From: Octopus vulgaris
Lineage: Eukaryota
Direction: 5' to 3'
DNA: 64,000 bases
Assembly (NCBI GenBank): GCA_951406725.2
Contig: OX597818.1
Coordinates: 88,040,001-88,104,000, forward strand
Positions 51,812 to 64,000 of this stretch are shown here, piece by piece. The notes beneath the pieces are model-generated. The model was not told where the DNA came from. It searched no databases and saw only the letters and a program-made list of their open reading frames with translations. Within the stretch, counting starts at the first letter, position 1. The number at the start of each line of letters is the position of its first letter. A program made the translations under genes and the position numbers.

Positions 51812-52672
51812 ACGTGGTGTGATGGGTAAATTATAGCCACTTTATATTCTTAATTTTGTGAATGCATATTGTTTGCTTTTGATTTTGTCGACTACACAGT
51901 ATATTAGAGTCATTCGGGCACCGCATGTGCGGCAAACAGCACCATAACTCAATTCACTCTGCCAGAAATTTGGAATCGACATGCTGTACTGCTTGGCGTT
52001 CGCTCGGGAAGCTCTAATACAAACATTTCAAAGTGTTTGGTGGTAATCTGAGGACATGTACCGAGAGTGATAAAAATCAAACATCCAGTGAATATCATAG
52101 TGTTTCGAGTGACCACTAGGGATGGCGACGTTATACCTCCATTCATCTTCTCACACGGCCTCGGACACAACACGGAGGCCTACATCAAGAGCCTGGAGGG
52201 GATAGTGCTGCCCTAGGACAAGATAGTAGCTACTGGAAGACCCTATATCTGACAACAGGACCCTACATCTTTGCGACACAAGCAGGAAAACCCAGTCATG
52301 GTTGTCAGACAATTTTCTGCGACCACATCACCCCTAAATTCTGGCCACCTCACATCCCAGACTGCAACACCCTCGATTATTATGTGTGAGGGGCAACTGA
52401 GCGAGACACCAACAAAACTCCTTGTAACACCAAAGATAAACAGAAGGCAGAGATCATGGGAGCATCTACTAACTTAAACAAGGAGACCGTCCAGAAGAGT
52501 TGCAGGAGACCCGTAATCGTCTGGAGGTCGTGGTTAAAGCCAAATTGCGACTTTATTGAATACTTTTTAGTATTTTAAGATATTTTTATGTAATTTTGAT
52601 AAATATATTTGTTAAAATGAGATGTCAGTGCTATTTTATTTATTTCTGCGTACAATTTATTCACTGCATTAT
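51812..52672 (+). mobile_element. maT/DD37D-like transposon, internally deleted
   Basis: QQDPT..TSRKTQSWL..FWPPHIPDCNTLDYYV*; degenerate TIR-like ends. Confidence 0.7.
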
Positions 52673-52682
52673 ATATATACTC

Positions 52683-53088
52683 TTTACTCTTTTTCTCTTT
52701 TACTTGTTTCAGTCATTTGACAGCGGCCATGCTGGAGCACAGCCTTTAATCGAGCAACTCGACCCCGGGACTTATTCTTTTGTAAGCCCAGTACTTATTC
52801 TATCGGTCTCTTTTGCCGAAACGCTAAGTTACGGGGACATAAACACAACAGCATCGGTTGTCAAGCAATGGTAGGGGGACAAACACAGGCACACAAACAC
52901 ACACACGTATATATATACATATATACGACGGGCTTCTTTCAGTTTCCGTCTACCAAATCCACTTACAAGGCTTTGGTCTGCCCGAGGCTATAGTAGAAGA
53001 CACTTGCCCAAGGTGCCACGCAGTGGGACTGAACCCGGAACCATGTGGTTGGTAAACAAGCTACTTACCACACAGCCACTCCTGCGCC
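52683..53088 (-). mobile_element. SINE family A, full length
   Basis: Consensus match. Confidence 0.9.
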
Positions 53089-53105
53089 TATATATAAAGC
53101 TTAGA

Positions 53106-53145
<40 letters not shown>

Positions 53146-53631
53146 CTGTCTGTCTGTCTGTGTGCATCAATAAAACTCGAGAACAACCAGACGGATGTCA
53201 TCCAATTTTACACATGCTTTACTTAAGATCCATGCAGTGTCAGGGGCCAAAATATTTTCCAACTTCTTGCCTAATGCGAGCCCGGAGCAATCTCTTATCT
53301 CTTATCTCTTACACTGATTCCGTATTACTTGTCAAAAGTGAAACAATAACATCTCTATTAATACTGTCACTATTATATGGTTTCAATTTCAGTTACTTTC
53401 AATATATATTTGTATACATGTTTGTATATGTCTGTGAATATATATATATATGTGTGTTTGTGTGTGTGATTTCGTTGCCTTCCTTCTTTTTACCATATAC
53501 GGGTTACAAATACTTTTGCTTGTGGAGACTTATTTTTGTAGTAATAGTAATGGTAACCTATTTGGCTGCTATTTCTAATATTTTCGGTATGTGGTTTAAG
53601 CAACTTGTTGCAAATAACCCTTTATTATAAT

Positions 53632-53691
<60 letters not shown>

Positions 53692-53782
53692 TGTGTGTGT
53701 TCCTGTGTGTGTAAGCATATATATATGTGTATATATGGGTATATATATGCATATATATAAATATACATATACATATACATAT

Positions 53783-53853
<71 letters not shown>

Positions 53854-53854
<1 letters not shown>

Positions 53855-53971
53855 CCCTCTGCAAGGGAATTTTATTTAATTCCCTCGCAGGAAGGACCGG
53901 TCCGACGAGCGTGTCCTGTCCTTACCTTCGAAACACGCATGGAGTCGAACCGGGGACAGCTGATGAAGGGG
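53854..53971 (+). ncRNA. Non-circularly permuted hammerhead ribozyme candidate (best copy)
   Basis: GCGUGUC^CUGUCC UUA CCUUC GAAA CACGC ... GGACAG CUGAUGA AGGGG. Perfect core, 6-bp stems I and III. Confidence 0.85.
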
Positions 53972-54187
53972 AATTTTCCTTGTGTTGTTTGTCCTGTATT
54001 CTGTTTTTCGTTGTTAAAAAAGTCCGTTCCCTTGTTTTTATGTTTTCGTTTCTCGTTGATTTCTACGTCTATTTGTGGTGTCCTGTACTCACATATATAT
54101 ATTTGTATATGCATGTATATATACATGTAGATGTAGGTACGTACATATATGTATGTATGTATGCATATACTTTATTTATTACACACT
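53854..54187 (+). mobile_element. 5'-truncated relative of the 7137-8086 element
   Basis: 3' part (TACATGTAGATGTAGGTACGTACATATATG) matches the 7137-7200 repeat in reverse complement; (TA)n flanks. Confidence 0.75.
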
Positions 54188-54885
54188 ATATATATATATA
54201 TAAGGTTAATCCAAACGGGAAAACAGAAAAAACAACAACACGTGGAACGATTACAGTATTATTATTATTAGATATATATATAAGAAATAGTTCAAATAGA
54301 ACAATTCAAACTTTTTAAGGAGTCTAAAACGAGAGCACATAATTTCCACTTTATATATATGTATATAGATATTTATGTATGGAGGTTATCTCGACTGACC
54401 ACTAACTGGTACACTTCCCCTTACTATCCCTTTATTGTTTTTCCTTTTTCTTTTTTCTTTCTTTTCTTTATTCTTCTCTTCCTGTTTTACCTACTGTTTT
54501 TTCTTCTTTTTTATTTTTATTTTTTATTTATTTTATTATTTTTATTTTTATTTTCTTCTCCTTCTTTTCTCTTTTTTCTCGTTTTTTTTTTCTCTTACCT
54601 TATTCCTCTCTTCCTGTTTTCGATTTGACCTTACTAATACATTCCCTACTTTTAGGTCACTTTAAATAAAGCCCATGATTCAATAACACTGTATATAAAC
54701 TCTATACTTGGAATGACCAATTTTAAATACTATTGGATTTTACTTATAAGTATACCATTCTGCCCAAATTATGGATCCACAAATACAATATCCCTGCATA
54801 TCTCACATGTATTTTCATTCCTCCGCCTCACACTCTATTTCGTATCTTATCTAGATTAACTACTACTTAAACATCTTCTCACACT

Positions 54886-54933
54886 GTCTCCGATGAAAGG
54901 ATATAATAAATATCCTAGAAACAGCTGCAAGAC
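54886..54933 (+). ncRNA. Type I hammerhead motif (CCGAUGA), same family as 6251-6306, likely inactivated
   Basis: GUCU CCGAUGA A AGGAUAU AAUAA AUAUCCU A GAAA CAGCUG CA AGAC; U16.1 changed to C. Confidence 0.55.
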
Positions 54934-55071
54934 CTTCTGTATATAAACGTTCTAAAATCTACACATCCTTGGTTATTTTTATCGCATTACGGAAAAAAAA
55001 TTTTCTATACACACGCTGATATTTATGTATGTATATTTATGTGTATATATGTGTATATATATGTGTGTGTC

Positions 55072-55118
<47 letters not shown>

Positions 55119-55289
55119 TGGCCTGCTCGCTTACCCAGCGGGGTGGCGTCATTCGAAGGCCAAAACAATGCGAACGCATTGTGACCAGCGATGTGTAGCA
55201 ACATCTGATGGTCTGGTCGGTCACGTGATCACGTGATATGTATATATACGTATATATATATATACCTGTATATTTATACATATATATAT

Positions 55290-55627
55290 TCTTTTACCTG
55301 TTTCAGTATTTGACTGTAACCGTGATGGAGCACCACCCTTAGTCGAGCAAATCAACCCCAGGATAAGTTACGGGGACGTAAACACACCATCATCGGTTGT
55401 TATAAGATGCTGGGGGAGAAAGACACAGACACACAAACATATACACACAGTCATATACATGTATACATATATACGACGGGCTTCTTTCAGCTTCCGTCTA
55501 CCAAATCCACTCACAAAGCTTTGTTCGTCTCGAGGCTATAGTAGAATACTCTCGACTAAGGCGCCACGCAGTGGGACTGAACCTGGAACCATGTGGTTGG
55601 TAAGCAAGCTACTTACCACACAGCCAC

Positions 55628-55628
<1 letters not shown>
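55290..55628 (-). mobile_element. SINE family A with internal deletion
   Basis: Consensus match. Confidence 0.8.
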
Positions 55629-55693
<65 letters not shown>

Positions 55694-55780
55694 CTATGAG
55701 TATACATATGTATATATAGATATATTTATGTGTGTGTATATATATGTGTGTATATATATATTTATGTGTGTGTATATATA

Positions 55781-56179
55781 CGGGTGTGTATGTTCTACCT
55801 GAGAGGTTCCTGCTGGCATGGAAAGGAAGGTGCAGGCTGCCGCTTTGCACATCGGGGACCCTGCCACAGAGACACGAGGCAGATGGACAAACCATCAACA
55901 CAAAGAAAAGGGATGGACCACGCACCACCTGCCCCAAAGCGGAGGTACGCAGATGTTGTGCGCGCCACAAACAGCCAACATGATGTTGTCGAAAGAGCAG
56001 CTGCTGAGCAACAATCTTTTTTGTGCATGGCACAAAAGATTGTACAGCAGCTGACCTGGCTTCATCAAACCCAAGCCCGCAGGTGGGACTACCCACTATA
56101 TACCAGACCACCACAGCAAACAGACACAGGATGGACACCGCCGGCAACAACGTACACCTCACCTCGATACTCCTACTGA
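55781..56179 (+). CDS. LINE ORF1 C-terminal fragment with CCCH zinc finger
   Basis: [23 protein letters not shown] (C-x7-C-x8-C-x3-H), RRYADVV, QSFL; overlaps the start of ORF2. Confidence 0.7.
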   Translation, partial: RVCMFYLRGSCWHGKEGAGCRFAHRGPCHRDTRQMDKPSTQRKGMDHAPPAPKRRYADVVRATNSQHDVVERAAAEQQSFLCMAQKIVQQLTWLHQTQARRWDYPLYTRPPQQTDTGWTPPATTYTSPRYSY

Positions 56180-59126
56180 ATATCAGAGGACTGCAAACAC
56201 TCAGTAACAGGACAAAGATCCCGTTCCTGAGAGACTTTGTTGCATGCAATCAAGTCTTATGCATAGCACTTACAGAAACGCACCTGAAACCGGACATAGC
56301 AGATGCGGAGTTACACATACCACAGTATGCTGTACTACGGACCGACAGGAAAGAAAGTAGTGATGGAGGTGTTGCTATGTACATCCGTGAGGACCTCACA
56401 CCCCAGGTCCTCTTGTCATACTCAAACTCGGTGTGTGACACACTAATTGTACATATTAGGCAACTTGATGTAGTTGTGTGTGCTACATATCGCCCTCCAG
56501 ATGCCCCAAGCCATGTGGGCAAGTTTGAAGACTGCCTTATAAAAATAGAAGAAATTCTAACCACATTAGAACAACACATAGGTGTGCTTCTTATGGGAGA
56601 CTTCAATCTGCCCAATGTCAGATGGCCCGAGGGCCTTTCTCTCCCAGGAATGACAAGATGTGAACGAGGACAGGCGAGGTCCCTCCTGAACCTCATCAAC
56701 ACCCTGTACATGGAGCAGGTAATACTCCAACCAACCAGGGCAGGTAACACACTGGATCTCTGCTTCACAAATGACATGGATCTCATCCATAATGTGAAAG
56801 TGACACCGACACTACTCTCGGATCACAACATGATAGAGCTGACCATGTACGGGCCAAAAGAGTGCACGGACATGCAGCCTACAAGAAACCCTCAAAATCT
56901 TTCCAGCTTGAACTACCATAAGGCAAACTGGAAACAAATTGAGAAAGAGATCCTCAAACAAAACTGGCCTAAATGTCTCTCCTCGCCAGACATCGACGTG
57001 AAACTTCAACAATTCATGTCTGTAATGCAAGCCATATGCTACAAATGTGTCCCAGAGAGAAAGGCCACTGTACACAAGAACAAAATCCCCAGAGAGAGGA
57101 AAATTTTAATGAGACGGCGTACGAAATTTTCAAATCGCCTAAACAAACAGATTGAAAGCAGTGAAAAGTCCCGCCTGAAAATAAAACTGTTGGAAATCGA
57201 AAAATGTCTGCAACGCTCCCATGAAAAAGAAAGAGCAGACAAAGAAGCCTGGGCTATAGAAAACATAAAATCTAACCCCAGAGCTTTCTACAGGTATGCC
57301 AAAGAAACAGCTACAGTGCACTGTAGAATAGGGCCACTCCTCGAAAAGGATGGCACACTTACAGGAAAACCAATGAGGGTAAGTGAAATACTGAATGAGC
57401 AATTCAAGAGTGTTTTCACTCCACCCTTGGGCATCTCCAAATCACCAATCCAACTGACTTTTTTACCACTGCAGATATAAAATCAGAGGCGGCGACGATA
57501 GATTACATCGATATAAAGGAAGACGATGTAACCAAGGCTATAGATGAAATGAAAACAGACTCAGCTACTGGCCCCGATGGATTCCCGGCAATCCTCCTAA
57601 AAGCATGTAAGAGAGTCCTAGCAAGACCACTGCAGTTCCTCTTTCAGAGCTTCCTTGCAGCTGGCAAACTTCCAGGAAAACTGAAGGAAGGTAAAATATG
57701 CCCCATTCATAAAGGAGGTAGCAGAGCGGAAGCCAAGAACTATAGACCTATCTCTCTGACCTCACACATCAGCAAGGTCATGGAACGAATAGTCAGAAGG
57801 AAGCTGATCACCTTCCTTGAAGAGAATGACTTGCTGCCCGACACCCAACATGGTTTCCGACCAGGGAGAAGCTGTTTAACTCAGCTCCTACAACACTATG
57901 ACTGGGTGCTGAAACGGCTGCTCAACCACTCAAATGTGGAAGTGATATATCTCGACTTTGCAAAGACCTTTGATAAAGTCGATCATGGAATGATATGTCA
58001 CAAACTGCGTGATCTCAACATAGTTGGAAAACTGGGAGAATGGCTTCATGACTTTCTGAAGGATAGAAGTCAGGTGGTAGTAGCCAAAGGGGCCACCTCC
58101 AAAAACACACAAATAGTGAGCGGTGTTCCGCAGGGCACTGTTCTGGGACCACTACTGTTCATAATGGCCCTCTCAGACATGCCCTCAGCCACGCAGAGAG
58201 CCACGATCACAAGTTATGCAGATGATACAAAAGTTTCACAGGCAATACAGAACCCTGAGGACACTAAACACCTGCAATGTGAGCTGGACGAAATATACAA
58301 GTGGGCTGAAAAGAATAGCATGCAGTTCAATGCTGAAAAGTTTCAAGCTTTATACTATCAGCATGCAAAACTGAATGCAATACCCAATGAATACACTGGA
58401 CCCGGAGGGATTGCAATCCCAGAGGCACAATCAGTGCGTGACCTGGGTATTCACATGAGTGATGACGCGACCTTTCATGTACATGTTGCTAAACTGACAA
58501 TGAAATGTAGACGGCTGGCTGGATGGATTCTTAGAACCTTTAGAACAAGAGAACAAGAAACCATGATGGTCCTCTGGAAGACACTTGTCCTAAGCCACTT
58601 TGACTATTGCTCTCAGCTATGGTCACCATCCAGTGTCAAGTTGATCACAGAACTGGAGGCGATCCAACGAAGCTACACAAAGAAGATAGCCTCTATGCAG
58701 AATGTAAGCTACTGGGAAAGACTCAAGAGATTAAAATTATATTACCTGGAGCGTAGGCGGGAAAGATATGCCATAATATACATCTGGAAGATCCTGGAGG
58801 GAAGTGTCCTGAACTTTGGCATCGAGAGTTACGCAAATGCCAGAACTGGGCGCCACTGCGTGGTGCCTAGGACTCCAAACCTGCCATCAAGATGTAGGAC
58901 AAGATTCTGTGATAGCCTGGGCTTCCGAGGCCCACAGCTCTTCAATATCCTCCCGAAGAACCTGAGAGACCTGCATGGGGTGGATACAGATGTCTTTAAA
59001 ATGAAGCTGGATCTCTTCCTGTCAGGTGTCCCAGATGAACCAACTTCACGGCAGGAGGGGCAGATGAGGGCAGCTGCATCGAACTCTCTCATGCACCAAA
59101 TAGCAGTTGCTAGAAAGCCTCCATGA
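56131..59126 (+). pseudogene. LINE ORF2 (endonuclease-reverse transcriptase), split by a frameshift near 57430
   Basis: ORFs 56023-57480 and 57549-59126; probable start MDTAGNN at 56131. Confidence 0.92.
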
Positions 59127-59350
59127 AGTGAAACCAAGTAGCAACACCAAATGGCGGTGCCCCAGCATGGCCACAGCTCATAAGCTGAAACTAGAATCAA
59201 TCAATCAATCAATCAATCATGTATATATATATATATGTGTGTATATATATATATATGTGTGTGTGTATGTATATATATATATATATGTATAGGTATATGT
59301 ATGTATCTATATATCTATCGATCTATCTATCTATCTCTGTCTGCCTGTCA

Positions 59351-59401
<51 letters not shown>

Positions 59402-59983
59402 AGACAAAAATGCGGACAATGACAACGATGACAACGAAAGTGATGACGACGACGACGGTAAAAACAATGACGATGACAAGGACGACGACCACGACCACAA
59501 TGACGATGACGATGATGATGATGATGGCTATGATGTTAATAATGACAAAACTACGATGAAAATGGTGATAATGGTGATGATAATAATGATGACACCGATG
59601 ATGATAACAATTTAACTCATGATTTGACACCACACATTTGAGCGTTACAGTATCGCCAGTTTAGCTGAACACCGCATTCTACTGAAACATCTATCAGCAA
59701 GCCCAATAGGGGAGGAAGAAGAATAAGACCTAAGCAGCTCTTGAACGGAGGAGACGACGTAAAGAAACTAAATCCAACAAGCATATTGTCTTCGGCTTTA
59801 AAGATTCCAGTACCGCAACGTGATACTTCAGTTCTATTGAAGCACTGAGGAAAAGAAGTCTATAACAAAAACTTCCCGCGATACAATACGTTGCCTTAAA
59901 TATCATGCTTTGACAGCAAAGCAAGCAAACAACACTAGATATCAGTGAATGTAATATATACGTATTTTAGTAACAAGAGCTGA

Positions 59984-60033
<50 letters not shown>

Positions 60034-60081
60034 TACATACATATACATATACATATATATATTTATATATATACATATATA

Positions 60082-60136
<55 letters not shown>

Positions 60137-60368
60137 GTGTATAAGTCTACATTTTTTGCAATACCAACACGCGTTGCTTGTACAATATTGAAAAGCCTAC
60201 ACGATAATCGTGAATTGACATAAATAATATGACTATTTTAAGTATATTTTATATTATGTCATAAAGCTATGCTCAATGTGAATTCATAAATATAGATGGA
60301 AGCACTCACGTATATCTATGTATAAATATATATGAATGTATATATACGTAGCTCTATATATATGTGTG

Positions 60369-60436
<68 letters not shown>

Positions 60437-60629
60437 CATATGTGTATGCACAGAAGTATGTAAGTAAAGATATATATTTTTATAATTTTTTATTCATGTA
60501 TTTATGCATATTGAGAGAGAGAGAAAGGGGGAGAGAGAGTGCATTTGTAGAGTATGCATTTTCTAGTGTACTATATACAATGTGTAATAAAACTAATGCA
60601 TACGCAAAATTATACATTCTTTAAAGTTT

Positions 60630-60670
<41 letters not shown>

Positions 60671-60745
60671 TACATACATATATATATATATAAAGTGGCA
60701 GATAGATATATACATATATGTATGTATGTATATATACATCTATAC

Positions 60746-60784
<39 letters not shown>

Positions 60785-60796
60785 GATATATGTATA

Positions 60797-60834
<38 letters not shown>

Positions 60835-60838
60835 GTAC

Positions 60839-60908
<70 letters not shown>

Positions 60909-61286
60909 TATGACTTAATCGATATGTGGCATACGTACGTATGCAATATTGATATATGCTATATAATATGCATAGAACATACACAGCAGACATATAACAT
61001 TTTTATATAGCTCATGTTTCTATATATCTGTGTGTCTGTTTGTATGTGTTTATACAACACACGCGCACACACACATACACAAATGCACACACACGTATAT
61101 TGACACTGGCATGCTCACAAGCACGTACACAAACAGGCGCACACACATATATATATATGTATAACAAGTGGTATATTATATATGCGTATATTACAGACAT
61201 CCTTTAATATTTCTAATGTTTTTGAACATTTATATGCATTTGCCAATACTTATTAATATGCATAAATGTAGATTATACATACACAC

Positions 61287-61340
<54 letters not shown>

Positions 61341-61471
61341 GTATATACATACATTTACGTTTATTTTCTATACGTATATATAAATATATAAATTTATGAA
61401 TGTATATGACGATAAATGTAATATATAAAATATGTATTATGTATGTGTATATGTGTATATATAACGTCTGC

Positions 61472-61518
<47 letters not shown>

Positions 61519-61568
61519 AACATATATATATATATATGTATGTGTATATACACACACATATATATATA

Positions 61569-61604
<36 letters not shown>

Positions 61605-61793
61605 TGTTTACACACACATATTTTAATCTTTTTGTGTTATCTCTCTCTTTCTCTCTCTCTCCCTCTTTCTCTCTGTATCTATCGATCTATTTGTCCATCT
61701 GTCTTTCTCTCTGTCTGCTTGCCTGTCTGTTTGTCTCTCTTTCTGTTTGTCTGTCTGTTTGTCTGTCTCTGTGTTATTGTGTCCGTAAATAGG

Positions 61794-61835
<42 letters not shown>

Positions 61836-62213
61836 TATAATATCTCAGCAGTAATATATATAAACGTATACATAAACACTAACATGCACATATATATGCA
61901 TACACACATATACATATACACACACCCGCGGACATGATAATTTTTGTCTTTTGTTTGTTTGTTTTTATTCTGGCCACAAGTATAGGAAATGACGAAGGCG
62001 CAGTGAACGAAATGAGACAGTTAAGTGAAATATATTCAGCACACGCCTCCATAATTGAATTTCGAAAACATTGAATCAAACGAAAGAGACGCAGCATCGG
62101 GTTGTGGCGATGCATATATATACATAAACATACATACATGCGCACATGCATACATGCATACATACACACATGCATACACACAACACATACATACGTATAT
62201 ATACATATATATG

Positions 62214-62261
<48 letters not shown>

Positions 62262-62285
62262 CACACACATATATATGTACGTGTG

Positions 62286-62334
<49 letters not shown>

Positions 62335-62340
62335 TATGTA

Positions 62341-62397
<57 letters not shown>

Positions 62398-62518
62398 GAT
62401 AAAAATATAACCTCTAATGCTCATATCTAACGAAATCAATATGAAATATTTTCAGCTATTCCAGTGACTAGACAATGTTCATTCTGCTTTTTTAGCGAGC
62501 TATTTCTTTTATTTACGC

Positions 62519-62567
<49 letters not shown>

Positions 62568-62570
62568 GTT

Positions 62571-62616
<46 letters not shown>

Positions 62617-62810
62617 TTGTTGTGGTTGTGGTTGTTATTTAATCTACCCAGTATTTTCGGTTTGGAATTAAAATGTTGTGTATGTGTAGTGAAAGGTGAA
62701 TTATAGTTCAGAAAATTTATCATATTCCATAATATTGTGTATGAGAATGAGAATGAAATGTGTGTGCATACCCCGTGTGCCTGCGTGTGTGTGTGTGAGT
62801 GCGTGTGTGC

Positions 62811-62867
<57 letters not shown>

Positions 62868-62924
62868 CTGCTTCTAAACGAGAATGACTTTGAATAATCA
62901 TATTATTATGCATATTATAATGAT

Positions 62925-62965
<41 letters not shown>

Positions 62966-63088
62966 TTATATATGTATTTGTGTGTGCGTGCGTGTGCATG
63001 TATGTATATATACAGAAACACACACATACATACATACATATAGATACATATATTGATATATATCTACGTGTATGTATATATTGATAGG

Positions 63089-63123
<35 letters not shown>

Positions 63124-63329
63124 GCTTATATATATATATGTATTTATATATGTATGCGTGTGTATTCATACGTCTATATATATGTGCATATATTTATATA
63201 TATACATTTATACTCACACACACACATATATATATACATATATATACGTATATATATATATCCATATATATACCCATATATATATGAATACATATATATA
63301 TATATACATATATGAATACATATATATAC

Positions 63330-63378
<49 letters not shown>

Positions 63379-63493
63379 AACAACGTTAATCTCATTCACT
63401 CCAAACATATTCACACACATGCTTGTGTTCGTGTACGATATGCATGTGAGTATATATTGTTGCTGCTATTTTAATTGTTGTTGTTGTTGTTTC

Positions 63494-63545
<52 letters not shown>

Positions 63546-63546
63546 G

Positions 63547-64000
63547 TATTTACACAGCTTCTATCGCTGGAAATGTACTACTGGTCTATTGTTTCGTCAA
63601 ATGTATCGCAGTATGTGGATTTAGGGTCAGAACCGTTTTGAAGAACTTTAACCTGGTTATTTATGGTAAGCAACTTTGGTCTTTTGCTGTTAATATGAAC
63701 CCTTCAGTCTTTGCTTTCACTCCTGAGCTTCTCAGCCAATGACGCGTTGTTGCTTGGTCTAAATCAGCAATCGTCTTCGAAATATATACTGTCCATGCAA
63801 AGGTTTCTGTCTCCACCGCTCCTCGGTTTGTTTCTGCCCGTTCTTTATTGCAGTCTGTTTGATCCGTTTTGCTTGTTTAGTGACTGTGGTTTCAAGTTCT
63901 TCATCTAATTCAGGGTTAATGCCGAGCTCCCTTGCGAATTTGCAAGCTTCTGTGACAATAGAATGCGATTTCCTACTGCTTTCGTATTTGCACACAAGTA
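63547..64000 (-). pseudogene. Dong/R4-type LINE fragment (post-RT region to zinc knuckle)
   Basis: WRQKPLHGQY...LDQATTRHWLRSSGVKAKTEGFILTAKDQ...DPKSTYCDTFDETID matches W..K.LHGQ...WL..G.LK.ETEGFI.AAQDQ; abuts (TAA)n. Confidence 0.85.

Larger units (their letters stand above)
55781..59219 (+). mobile_element. CR1-type LINE: ORF1 C-terminus, ORF2 (APE endonuclease + RT) with one frameshift, 3' UTR, (AATC)n tail
   Basis: LNIRGL, ALTETHL, GGVAMYI, YRPP, GDFN and SDH (APE); YLDFAKTFDKVDH, GVPQGTVLGP and YADD (RT); tail at 59195-59219. Confidence 0.96.

Noticed and set aside
53925-53971. Reading the motif as an ordinary type II hammerhead cutting at GUC 53944-53946
   Set aside because: That reading gives no stem I and a poor stem III; the upstream GCGUGUC/CUGUCC strand gives perfect, covarying stems.
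59640-59950. Complex-looking unique segment, possible exon
   Set aside because: Only short open frames and no recognisable motif or convincing splice pair.
61934-62074. 46-aa [23 protein letters not shown]... resembling a signal peptide
   Set aside because: The hydrophobic stretch derives from a (TTTG)n-like low-complexity tract; no homology or splice support visible.

Overview
AT-rich, microsatellite-saturated eukaryotic DNA with no recognisable host protein-coding exon. The SINE/LINE repertoire looks like an octopus (coleoid cephalopod) genome; this is inferred from repeat families, not verified. Recognisable content: a Tc1 transposon with an open transposase frame and IR/DR-type end (runs off the left edge), two CR1-type LINEs (one near-complete ORF2 plus ORF1 tail), a decayed HERO-type RLE LINE, Dong/R4-type fragments in microsatellites, Penelope-like, mariner/maT and Merlin remnants, and many tRNA-derived SINEs. 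Almost all ORF-track entries are microsatellite artefacts. The main find is RNA-level. The window holds about 7 minimal type I hammerhead ribozyme motifs, plus six copies (3-4 diverged families) of a hammerhead whose three catalytic strands lie in a non-circularly permuted order (NUH strand, then GAAA strand, then CUGANGA strand). The permuted fold is supported by extensive covariation and has stem II replaced by a multi-helix junction. Three of the six copies sit in intact ~0.85-0.9 kb non-coding, terminally redundant elements inserted into (TA)n, which look like circular-RNA-templated, retrozyme-like retroelements. All structures were folded by eye and are untested.
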